Shown here: positions 52,365-64,000 of the stretch, piece after piece | How positions within the stretch are numbered: position 1 is the first letter of the stretch | How the letters are laid out: each line of letters begins with the position of its first letter | Assembly: GCF_006345805.1 (NCBI RefSeq) | Contig: NC_042998.1 | Coordinates: forward strand, 89,838,001 to 89,902,000 | Length of the DNA stretch: 64,000 bases | Direction of reading: 5' to 3' | From: Octopus sinensis | Taxonomy: Eukaryota | Position numbers and translations under genes: made by a program | The notes under the pieces: model-generated | What the model was told of the DNA's origin: nothing | Databases searched by the model: none | The model's input: only the letters and a program-made list of their open reading frames with translations

Positions 52365-52750
52365 TGTATATATACATACATATAATGTATTCATTCACAC
52401 ACGCGTGTATGTGTGTGTGTATGTGTGTTTCAAGATTGAACTTATTTTTGCATAGCCCTTCGTTTAATAAATTTGGGTATAGAAGTGGAAATTTATAAGC
52501 ATGTAAAAGCGTACGTGCATATCCATGTATTTATGTAAATACACACACACACATGGATATACATACATGCGCACGCACACACACCTATCAACACACATGC
52601 TAGCGCGCGCGACACACTTTTACATAGAAACACACACATACTCGCGCGCGCACACATACACACACACAACCACACACACATATATATATATATATATTGT
52701 ATATATCTATTACTTTATCTCATTAGACGTGATATTGTATACACACACAC

Positions 52751-52787
<37 letters not shown>

Positions 52788-52894
52788 TACATACATACAT
52801 ACATACATACATACATACACACACACACATACATACACACACACACACATACATACATACATACATACATACATACATACATACATACATACAT

Positions 52895-53003
52895 ACAAAC
52901 AAAAATACCCTGTTGATGTTGAAATTCCAATGAATTGGATCTAGATTAGAAACCGGTTCTTTCTCTATTGGCAAGAAATCTTGAAATAAACTAAATAATG
53001 ACA
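52895..53003 (+). mobile_element. Isolated 3' UTR of the same R4/Dong family as 10572-11277, set in (TACA)n
   Basis: caaaaataccctgttgatgttgaaatt...tctagattagaaaccggttctttctctattggcaa...aataatgacat matches the reverse complement of about 10572-10690. Confidence 0.8.
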
Positions 53004-54672
53004 TACATACATGCATGCATCCATCCATACATACATCCATACATCCATACTTACATACTGCCAGCCATGCTCATATAGTTAGCATACCGGTGTCTTCACT
53101 GCTATAACAGTCCTGCGACCACCACCACATCATTCACCTTACACAAATTATGTTTCTTTGTAATGGCAATGTGGCGGTTTACTTAACTTCTAATAAGCGG
53201 GTAATTTAAAATTTCCCTTAAATACACTGATATCAACTAATTTCGATAATATATCTGATTGATTGATTAATATTATCCGTGATTATAATAAGCGGCATAC
53301 GACGGCTCTCTGGAAGCCAAATATCACTCAAAAATCATTGGTTTCGTCCAAGATGCTGCGCAGTGGGATTGAACCTGGAAGCACCAGGACGTGAAGCAAA
53401 CTACTTAGCCATACAGCCAGGCCATGTGTGCACACGTACATACATATGTACTATTAATAAGTGTGTACATCCATCCATACTTTAGAGTCGGAATTTTTGT
53501 TTACAGTAATACACCAATGCAATTTATTCGAAGTTACTTCGTATGCCCGAGTACAAACAGATAGCATTCCTGTAACAAGACACGCTTGATATCAGCAAAG
53601 ACATAGGTGCTCTGCTGACAGTGGGGTCGGTAATGTATATTTTATTTTTATCATTGCTTTCCCCACTCCCACCATTCATTCCTTTCTCCGACCCTTCCTG
53701 CTATCATGCACAGATCTCATCGTTGCTGACTCTCTTTACTGGTCAGATGCCTGCTGTCACAAACCGATACAACATATCTCAGACATCAGGCATCAAGACT
53801 ACTTCGTAGATTTTTAATGTGAAGTCAGGTTGATTACTTACACGCTAGTGAATGTTGAACTCACTGATTTCAATTTATTTATTATATCACAAACATCTGT
53901 CAACTAACTGGAAGATTTATCATTAACCATTTACTAGCTAATGTGTTGATGTGATTCTGTTACAAATCGAAATCGTAGCGACGAACGATTCGAAATTTGA
54001 TCCGGGACTTATACATACAAACCAGAAATAATAAATATCAAATTACATTCAATTCTGATAATATTTGAACTTCACCGTTCTTAAAACAGCTGCTTCATAT
54101 TACAAGAGTTTTTAGGCAGTTAGAAACGTTTAAACTGAACACATGGAGGAAATTCGTGCAGTTTATGAAATTCTTCGATACCAAAGTTTATAAATGGAAT
54201 AGAAGAGATGAGGCGGCAGAAGATAAGGACGCATCAAGGAGTATAATTCGTATACATAAAACCAAACTAATGAGACCATCGTCATTCTTTACTGAACACT
54301 TATTCGATGAAAGATGACACGCTTGTCGCTGATTTTGTTTTGTGTAAGGCTGAGAAGAAATCGAATGAAATAATATCCATTAAAAGAAACTACAAAAGAT
54401 ACGTGTAAAATACAGGCAGCTAAAATGGATAAAGAAGCCGTGTATATTGTTTCTCTATGATTATACATGCTATAAGACTTTTATTTTTTAACTTATATTT
54501 ATCGGTTTGAATGTAGAACAAAATATCACAAAAACCTTACAATGTAGCTCAACTTATAAAATCAATCGCAAGTTTCCGTCAGTGGTCTTCTACATGATAC
54601 AACATAGGAGTACGAAATAACTTTATTAATTATCTACCAAGCTGGAATCCCAGTTTTATATCTGGATTTCAG

Positions 54673-54815
54673 TACTGAAGAGACTACTGTATTCTAATTA
54701 TGTTCACCCCTTTGTTGAGCTCAAGTTTAACACAGCGGCCCGCTCTACAATTTCTGTGTATAGTGATGTTTTTGACTGCCTACATAGATGCCCAAATACA
54801 ATTCCATCGGCCAGG
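54673..54815 (+). CDS. Candidate internal exon of an unidentified gene (LKRLLYSNYVHPFVELKFNTAARSTISVYSDVFDCLHRCPNTIPSAR)
   Basis: Acceptor tatatctggatttcag, strong donor AGG|gtaagt, one open frame with protein-like composition in non-repetitive DNA. No family recognised. Confidence 0.3.
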
Positions 54816-57800
54816 GTAAGTATCTCTTCTAGTTTTTATCTCTATTTTTTTTTTTTTTTCATTATTTATCTTGTTTAGTCTAATTGTTAAGATAAGAACA
54901 ATTATCCTATGTTAAGTTCCGACGTTGACATAGTTATGCCCTCTCAGTAAACTTATTTCTTTCCTCTACAAATCTGCAATGTTTATAACTCACTAATATT
55001 GGTTTCAAATTTTGGCACAAGGCCAGCAATTTTGGGGGAAGTGGGTAAGTCGATTACATCAACCCCAGTGCTCAGCTGGTACTTATTTTATCACCCCTGA
55101 AAGGATGAAAGCAAACTCGACTCCGGCGGAATTTGAACTCGGGACGTAAAGACGGACGAAATGCTGCCAAGCATTTTGCCCGGCGGGTTAATGATTCTAC
55201 CAGCTCACCGACTTAGAACTTATTAATATTGATATTGTTGTTGCTGCAATTATTAATGTCATTTATATTATATTATATTATATATATTATATTATATATA
55301 TTATATTATATTGCTATTGGTAACAAGACAAGGAAGTCAGATGAAAGAAGCATCATTCTGATTCTAAGATTTGACGTTCGTATTATTTAACAAATCTCAC
55401 TTATTGAAGTGTCATCTGTGGTTTACTAGTTTCATTTATTGAACAGTAGCACTGCCTTCTAGTGTTTAGTTGATATCACTTCAGTGCTTATTATATTGAT
55501 CAGTACTTATTTTTTCGACCTCGGAAAGATGAAAAAAAAGTGAACCTAGGCGGAATTTGAACGGAGAATGTAAAAGAACGTAATCAAATACAAAGTATTG
55601 TGGTTGATACCCTACTGATATTTCAATCTACCACTGTATATCCGCAATATTGCATTGTATCCCTGAGAAAAGCACTTAACCGTTTGCTTAAAACGTGAAG
55701 AGAATAAGATTGTTTGGGTAACATTTCTACGAGCCAAGCATTTCGTTTAATGTTTATTCTCATTAAGAATAGGTTCACAAGGTGTAAGAAACTATGAAAA
55801 TCACAACTTTCTCTAGCTACTCGAAATGCCAGCCAAATTTTCCTCAAGTAAGCACATCCTGTTGTTTTAAATAAAGAAAACCCATATTAGAAAATGTAGT
55901 GCTACATATAACTAAAATGATGGGCTGTTCACAACTTCAATGGTTTGGTCATACACCTGTTCGGTGGAGTTTAGAATAGCTATCCCTAGGAAAGGTACAG
56001 AGAAATTTTGGAGGTGGCAACAAAATGTACAAAGATTGCTGAAACACAAGAATCATTAAAAAAAAAAGAAATTTCGTTTTCCATTTGGTATGGGGTTTTG
56101 AGCACTAGTTATTCCACCCCACCTCCATCCCCATCTGTTCAAACACGCTGATCTGGAGTTACGAACTGCAAAAACACAATTCGGCTAATTTCCTTTACTT
56201 AATGGGGATTTTTGGTTGCATAAGCTTCTCTATTATTTATTTTTTTTTACTTTAGATCACGCGAATGTTAAATGGTAACAACGTTGAATATATATCATCT
56301 TATATTCTCACCATGTATGACAAATCTCTTCCAGCCATGACCTTGATTTCTACTGCAGCTACCTCTTGCTTCGATTGTCCGTCTAAAACCCTAACTTTCA
56401 CATATCACCTACAAACACTCACTAATTTAACAGTGACTTGTCTCATGAATAACATGTGATACATCTCCCGTAACTACTCTCTTAGATGAGTGATAATCAA
56501 GCATTATTGACAATCTTTTTCTGTGACGACAGTGATACATCAAACCAAACTTTTTGTGTATGGGCAACAAGCAAAACATCATTGTTCTGTGACTCATGAG
56601 AGATCAGAACGCATCAACAACAAATTCTCAGCTACAACCACCTCAGCCAAAACGTCACAGTGACACCCATATACAAGTGGTAATCACACAAACAACTCTT
56701 CCTAAATGGACACCTATTGGTCATCCTCCACAAATTTTCTTTCTCTTATTGTGTGCTTTCATAAAACTCAGGAATTTCAAACGTTGAGTCCTCCAAGCGT
56801 TAACAAAACTTGTTATAACGACATAAATTATGATTGCTCCATACATTGATCTCGCCTGCAAGCAATTTACATTCTTGCAATTGGTGGTTCCCTCACCCTT
56901 CTCCGCCAATCGCATACTCACTGACAAATCAGTGCGGTATATTCAACGTAAACTCCTGATCAGCCGATTCTGTTTAACACTTTACAATATTTAAAAAGGA
57001 AACAGTGTTATAAATCTCAAGTTCCCAAGTCCTGGAAAATGAACGCCAACACACTGATTTTAGATGAAGCTTCACTCAAACCAAACGTACAACCAAATGC
57101 GTCTCAAAAGGAGCTGACTGGAACTTTTTGCTTTGTAGTGAAAAACAAATGATCTACTATTTTCAAGATAATCTCACTGCAAATTCGTTCTTTCCCTGAA
57201 TATAACCGAATTTGACTTCTGACATCACAACTTAGCTGTAAAGTTTCTTTCACATTTTGTCTTAAATTGAATATTAGTAAATTTTGTCTCTATCTGCAAC
57301 CCAATAACCGTAAGCTTCAGTTAGCAATCCAAAAATAACATTAGAAACACAATTATGATCTATAATCAACCAATCAACGAGTTGAGAAGAATAAAGATTA
57401 GGATACTACAAAGCTGAATGTTGAAAAAAAATATTTCTAATGCATTTATTTTTCAATTTGTGATGCTAAAATTTAGTTCAAAGAAACTGTTCCGCTTAAC
57501 ATTGGATATAAATACGATACAAATCACAGAAACAAACAAACAAAAAACCATAAGGCATTTTGTCAGATACTGCAATGAATTATTTCACAGTCGAAAGTAG
57601 ACATTTATTATTTCTTTCGTGGTGTATTTATGTATTCTAATTAAGAATAATTTGAGGTTATACATATAGTGAAGTGATGATCAAGGAAATCTGAATGGCT
57701 ACGCATTCTTCACTAAAAAATGTAATGATAAAAAGATCTTTATTAAGCACGAAACTGTTTTATATAATAAAACTTACCCAGGACTTACCTGTGTTCACAA

Positions 57801-59456
57801 AAAAGACTCAATGAAGAAACTTAAATTATGCACTGTACAATTATGTGCAGTGTCTGATATGAATATTACACATATGTATTGCAAGTATATATATTTTAGT
57901 ACATGCAGAACCCATATTAACTTTGGAAATATATATGGTGGACACATATTTGAATAAAATATGTATACTGTGATATGTGTATGTATTACTGTTGCATTTT
58001 TATATGTAGCACATGCTACCATGATATTTATAGTATATATAGAGAGGATGCATAGATTATTGACGAAATATACCACTTTTAGTAAATAGACTTTGGTCAG
58101 AACTTAATCTGGCAATATATGAGATTGTTGTTATGAGTCTAAATATATGAAATTTACGTAAAGTCGAAGCATTTATTGAATAGCAGTTTGAACATATTTG
58201 TTTTAAAATGCTATCACTTTTTGTGATACGGGTACGCAAGTTATTATTAGTATCCACTCAATGCAGTTGGGATTTATGTGTCTAAAATAGTGTGAATAAT
58301 ATTAATCAACTATTAAGCATTTCGCATGCTTATCAGTCGTCATTGCTCCCGTCACTTGTACAAGTTAAATGAAACAGATACATGTATACTTAATTCTGTT
58401 TCACAAGTAATATACGTCTATGTATTAATTATTTCAATGACAGCAGATAAGCTATTTTATGTGATTCTTTATTTCAATGTCACTAAGAATGTTACATTTT
58501 AATTAGCTATTAATTGCATGGTGTCAGTTCATGAAGTAGGTCAATTCTAAAGTAAAATATATAAAATATCCCATTGCAAAAATAGAAAATAAAAACTTTT
58601 GATCGTCATAGATGGTAAGTCGTTAAGAAATCGTGATTTCAAAGCAACTAAGATAGTTAATTTTTTCCTTTTCTTTCCCCCTAATTTTTCTTAGCCTACA
58701 TGAAGATGACCTGCTGAGAACAAATACGTTTTGCAAATGCTACTTATTTGATTTTGATAAGAAATTTAACTAGAAATTTTAAAGACTAATGTATTTTAAG
58801 GTAACTTAAAAAGTTCTTTTTTGTAAATTAGGTCTGTACGATATCTTGTCTGCAATTCATTTTGTAATGTTATACAAGTTTAAGGAAAAGCCAGAGTGTT
58901 GGATAAGCAACCAAAAGAGGCTTCAATAGTTATCAATCTCGTTGTTACTACTATTGCACTGCATTCATAGCAAAAATATTAGCTCCCAAAACCTCAGGTA
59001 TAACAAACTGGAATGGTTCACGACTGCAAGTAGTACTTTATTGTTGATGTTGCTTAACAACACGCCTGCTCTAATCAAAAATTATTCATGATATAAGGCG
59101 CTCAAGTTATGACGATTCAGTTTAAATTCTCACATTAATGGTTAAAAATAATATTCAGGAATTGTCTGATATAATAATGAAATATATCAGAAATTGTCAC
59201 CATACTCTATAACATCAGACCCATTCCCCACAACTATAAATTAGATTAATTTTAATTTAAATTCCGGGTTGACTTCCTTGCTTTTCTTAACCAGAATTAA
59301 TATGAAATGATGATATCCTTTCAACACTGTGGTTGTAATTTTAATTCATTAAAATTTCTTGGCTTACTACATTAAGTGCAATAGTGTCCAATTTATTATG
59401 TGCATATAAATGTATATGTGTATGCGTGTGCTTGTATATCTGTAAATCTCTTTCTC

Positions 59457-59499
<43 letters not shown>

Positions 59500-60033
59500 C
59501 TTTCTCTGTATATACACACACGCGCGCACACTCAAAGAGATTTACACAAATATACAAGCACACGTATACACATATATACATACATATGTTAATAAGTATT
59601 ATTGTAACTATAAGAGCAAATTAGTGTGTCCATTTGAGGGGGCCATTCTACCTTTCTTCTTTCAAAAACAGAGGGTGGAATGAATCGTACAAGTTTGCGT
59701 TGATTCATTTGAACTTTAGATGATAGGGAGGGACACTAAATATGATATTAAATGGTCAATTTAAATAGCGCTTCACCGTATATTATCGGGAATTCGAAAT
59801 GTGATCTCTACTTGGAAGAAATACTTCATATACTTACCTCTAATTGCAGGTTAATAAATCGCTGAAACGAATTAGCAGTAAAATGCGTTACGTTCATTGA
59901 GAAAAGTTTATTTATTTTCAAAGTAAAGGACTCTAAATAGAAATCACTTAGATAAAAGGGTACATCAGTTAACGTAGCGAAATAATCGCAAATATATTTG
60001 CCAGATTGTAAACAAATTTGCCCTGAACCTCAC

Positions 60034-60077
<44 letters not shown>

Positions 60078-60110
60078 AGAGAGAGAGAGATACATACATA
60101 CATACATACA

Positions 60111-60144
<34 letters not shown>

Positions 60145-60149
60145 CATAC

Positions 60150-60186
<37 letters not shown>

Positions 60187-60599
60187 AATAAAACAGAATA
60201 TGGTTAGAATTTCGATTTATTTTGTTCACTGTGAATGCATCTTGACCTACTTAAAGTTCTTTCTACTAATGGTGTATACAATAATCTGTTCCCTTAATAT
60301 CTACGTATGAAGGTCATTCCAATTTAAATGATGATCATCATCATCATTGTTCGACCGTGGTCGAGACTTATAGTCTTTTCAAATAGCTAATAATGTGTGC
60401 GCGCGCCACTACTACACACATTGGAAAGCATTGTACAACCAAGCACTAAAGAAGATCTTTCCTCCTCCATGAAACAAAGCTGTTCCCGCTGGACGTCAAC
60501 CCAGTATTTCTAAGCTACGGACCGAGTGATTTATTGTAAGGTTATCTCCCTAGATAGATTGCCTTCACTACGGCTAAGGAGCCCTTTCTACCCCACAAT

Positions 60600-60793
60600 G
60601 ATGTATTAAATGATACCATAACTGTGGGAAGATGAATGGAGGCATAACATCGCCACCACTAGTGATCACTCCAAACACCATGATGTTGACCGGATATCCA
60701 ACTGACCCTACAATACTGTGTAGCCGAGAAAATAAAAAAAAATGCGCAATTAAAGATATAGAATGGCGATACTTTACCCATCGCACCCTGTAT
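60600..60793 (-). mobile_element. Tc1/mariner (maT-like) remnant: one terminus plus a transposase fragment
   Basis: Terminus TA|CAGGGTGCGATGGGTAAAG on the - strand; fragment PVNIMVFGVITSGGDVMPPFIFP. Confidence 0.65.
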
Positions 60794-60842
60794 ATCAATA
60801 TATATATATACGTATACATATATATGTGTGTATGTATGTATG

Positions 60843-61470
60843 CTTACCACCCTACTAATACGGCTGCGAGACGTGGACTGCTTACCGAAGGCACGAGCGC
60901 CAGATAAACCACTTCCATCTCAGGTGTCTTCGGAACCTCCTTCACATCCGCTGGCAGGACAAAGTCCCAGACACGGAAGTTCTGAAGCAGGCAGATCTCC
61001 CTAGCACCATCACAATCATGCGCAAGGCCCAGCTGAGATGGGCGGGCCACGTCTCCCGCATGTCCGACACTCGCATCCCAAAACAGCTCTTCTACGGTGA
61101 ACTCGGCCAGGGCAGGCGCAAAGTCGGAGGGCAGAAGAAGCGCTACAAGGATTGTCTCAAGGTCTCTCTCAAAGACTTCTCCATCGGAACAGAGACCTGG
61201 GAGACACTTGCTGCCAACCGCTCATCCTGGCGCAGCGCAATCACCGTGGGAGCAGGGACAGCCGAGGAGGGACGGATTCGGTCAGCGGAGCAGAAACGTC
61301 AGATGCGTAAAGCCAGAGCCGCCTGCACCAGTAGCACGGCCCCTACCCACTTCTGCCCCACCTGTGGGAGGGGCTTCCTTGCCCGGATTGGCTTCACCAA
61401 CCACCTCCGGTCTCATGGCGCCAGTTCCATCAGATGATGTCAGTTGGTCATCTTCGAACCGAAGGACGAA
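60843..61470 (+). mobile_element. 5'-truncated RTE-BovB-like LINE, frame uninterrupted from 60859 to 61437, with C-terminal C2H2 finger
   Basis: YGCETWTAYRRHERQINHFHLRCLR...LRWAGHVSRMSDTRIPKQLFYGEL...RKVGGQKKRYKD...WETLAANRSSWR...CPTCGRGFLARIGFTNHLRSH. The 3' end runs into (TTA)n. Visibly GC-rich compared with the flanks. Confidence 0.93.
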
Positions 61471-62193
61471 CATTATTATTATTATATATGTGTGTATGTA
61501 TGTATGTATGTATGTATGTATGTATGTATGTATAAATATATATATATATATATACTTTTATTGTTTTGGTTGTTTCAGTCATTTGACTGCGGTCATGCTG
61601 GAGCACCGCCTTACAGGTTTTTTTAGTCGAAGAAATCGACCCCAGTTCTCATTCTTTGTAAGCCTAGTATTTACTCTATCGGTCACTTTCTCCGAACTGT
61701 TAAGTTACGGGGACGTAAATTCACCAACATCGGTTGTCAAGCGACGGTGGGGAATGGGACAATCACAGACACATAGACACATACATACATACATACATAC
61801 ATACATACATACATACATACATACATACACACATACACACACACACACTTATATATATATATACACATACATATATATACTTTATTATTATTAAAGCTGC
61901 AAAAACATCACAAAAATATCACAATCCTTATTATTATTATTATTATTAGAGCTTCATAAAACATCACAAAAATATCGTCATGTTTTTGCAGCTTTAATGA
62001 TAATGAAGCATATTACTCTACCTCCAGTATTTGAGTACTATTTTCTCCCATCTTGTTTCACATTTATGTGCTTACTTTGATGTGTATATATATATATAAA
62101 TTTACACACTCACACACACACACATTATATACATACATACATGCATACATGCATACATACATGCATACATACATACATACATACATACATACA

Positions 62194-62225
<32 letters not shown>

Positions 62226-62489
62226 CATACCTACATATATAAGCCGCCCTATCGGGCGGCTTTTGAGCTAGCTCCTGTGGAGGCCTCTTCATTGGGCCTT
62301 GAGCCCAATAATGACACTTCATGTATTGATTACATATTAAATTTTATTAAACTTGACCTATATTTTTCAAGCAATTAACAATTTTCGTCAAAACAATGAT
62401 ATATTATGTCGACTTGGAACTTATTGCAGAGCTTCATGATAAACAGCATTTTTTGTCTTCCCGTTCAGGGATCATTACACTTTTTGTTT

Positions 62490-62533
62490 CTAACTCCCTC
62501 TCTCTATCTCGCTCTCTCTATCTCGCTCTCTCT

Positions 62534-62600
<67 letters not shown>
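62490..62600. repeat. (CT)n microsatellite followed by a (CAC/CAT)-rich low-complexity tract to about 62920
   Basis: Read directly from the sequence. Confidence 0.9.
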
Positions 62601-62602
<2 letters not shown>

Positions 62603-63304
62603 GTTGATTGTTTTCAACCATCACCATCACCAGTACCACCATAGCTGCTATACACACACTATTCAAACTTCTGACGCCACCACCATCAACACCTTTGACT
62701 TCGCCGCCTTCCTCTCCACCATTATCACCACTGTCTTTCACATCCCTTACTGTCACCGTCATGCTTGACAGCCTCAGCTACCACCACCACCATCAACACC
62801 ATCGCCTCCGTCTTTACCACAACTACAGCTCATACTATTACTATCACCCCATTACCATTTCAATTGTCAATCTACTACCACCCTCACCGTCTCTATTCCT
62901 ACTGTTACTCTCACCCCAGCAAGTGGAGTAGAAGTGTCATTGAATAGTGAGAGAGGAGGTCAAAGTGTGACACACTGACACACATTCATATATGTCTTCT
63001 TGGTAATTCCTCTGTAGCAGAGATGAATTACCAAGAAGACATATATGGATTTCAAGGTTCTCATACTAAAGTACATACAAATTTTACATTTCTAAAATAA
63101 CTATATCAACTATATTTGGAATACAAGACAATATAACAGATTTTATATATGAATATTATGGATTATTGCAGAAGACTAACCAAGGAAGTATATATGGATT
63201 TAAAGACTCTCATCAAAAGCAGTAATTTTTAATTTTTAATTTATCTTTCAAACAAACACTATTTTATAGTATTACTTCAAGTTTTAAAAAACTATCATTC
63301 GATA

Positions 63305-63817
63305 TCTATATATATAAAACTGTAGTTGTGTGAGTGTCTGTCCCCTTCGATTTAGATTCCTAACTACTCCCACATTTTGCGGTGCAGTTTAACCAAATTC
63401 GGGTATCTTATAGTCGTGATTCATATCGAGCCCGTCTGAGTATTAGCGCGCGTCTACGATGAGTCTACGATTTAAAAAATAATTTAACATCATTTTTTAT
63501 TCCATTTTAATGCATAATTTTTCGTGTGTCGATGGCGGCGGAGTTGGCGTCCATGGTCACTCCTGCACCTGTTTGCTTCTCCCCCTTCTTCCCTCCTTCG
63601 TGGAGCTATGGGGAAGGGAGTGTAAGGAAATCAACGTCGTAAAGCGTTGTCAAGGAGACCAGCGTTCTTTTAGAACAACGACTTCATGGCTTGAAGACAC
63701 CAAAACAGAAATGGCTAAGAAAGCCCGAATTGGCATCTATAAGGGAAGTAACTCTCTAAAAATGCTTATATAGTTATTTCCCTTACAGACCCGAGCAACA
63801 CCGGGCGATACTGCTAG
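63305..63817 (+). mobile_element. Complete non-autonomous Helitron (513 bp)
   Basis: 5' A|TCTATATATATAAAA; subterminal hairpin CCCG-agcaacac-CGGG at 63790-63805; 3' CTAG|T. Inserted between A and T with no TSD, all diagnostic Helitron features. Confidence 0.88.
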
Positions 63818-64000
63818 TGTTATATAAGATTCAAATTTTATATCTATGAAGAGCAGAAGTGTTGTCTATAAATGCTTATCAATATAGGATTTCAAAATAA
63901 GGACAACACTTCTGTGAAACGATCGTAAGAGGCTTTAAATACTTAATTCGAAACTTTTAAACTGTCATATACATTATAGATTTATACTTATACATATTTA

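Noticed and set aside
56721-56927. Minus-strand ORF with a hydrophobic stretch (AIIIYVVITSFVNAW) recalling a GPCR TM7
   Set aside because: It lacks the NPxxY motif and any other helices in neighbouring frames.
62241-62264. Rho-independent terminator, implying bacterial contamination or HGT
   Set aside because: It is flanked on both sides by host-type microsatellites with no bacterial-like ORF. Kept only as an unexplained hairpin.
62406-62947. ORFs with SLSLSL, ERERER and HHHH runs
   Set aside because: They are (CT)n and (CAC/CAT)n simple repeats.

Overview
This is AT-rich animal genomic DNA, dense in microsatellites and transposable elements. The SINE families and repeat profile point to a coleoid cephalopod, most likely Octopus (inference). 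The only gene I can support firmly is the 3' end of a multiplexin (collagen XV/XVIII family) on the + strand. It has six phase-consistent coding exons from 4184 to 31001: two microexons (39 and 24 nt) and a 75-nt exon for the trimerization-domain end and hinge, then three exons for the C-terminal endostatin domain. The rest is largely TE-derived: RTE, CR1/L2 and R4/Dong-type LINE fragments, a Penelope-like remnant, mariner/Tc1 remnants, pogo/Tigger derivatives, a complete non-autonomous Helitron, a 4.2-kb Mutator-like element with a 10-bp target-site duplication, and many tRNA-type SINEs. Most notable: (1) three separate fold-back structures in one multiplexin intron, including a near-perfect 1.1-kb palindrome and a 69-bp stem whose four transitions all give G.U pairs in the sense RNA; (2) three different R4/Dong 3' ends stacked head-to-tail in one (TAA)n tract; (3) a GC-rich, uninterrupted RTE-BovB-like fragment; (4) a perfect RFX X-box at about 45.97 kb, flanked by low-confidence candidate exons on both strands. 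I found no rRNA, tRNA gene or CRISPR array. All comparisons were made by eye; no searches were run. Most TE boundaries are approximate.
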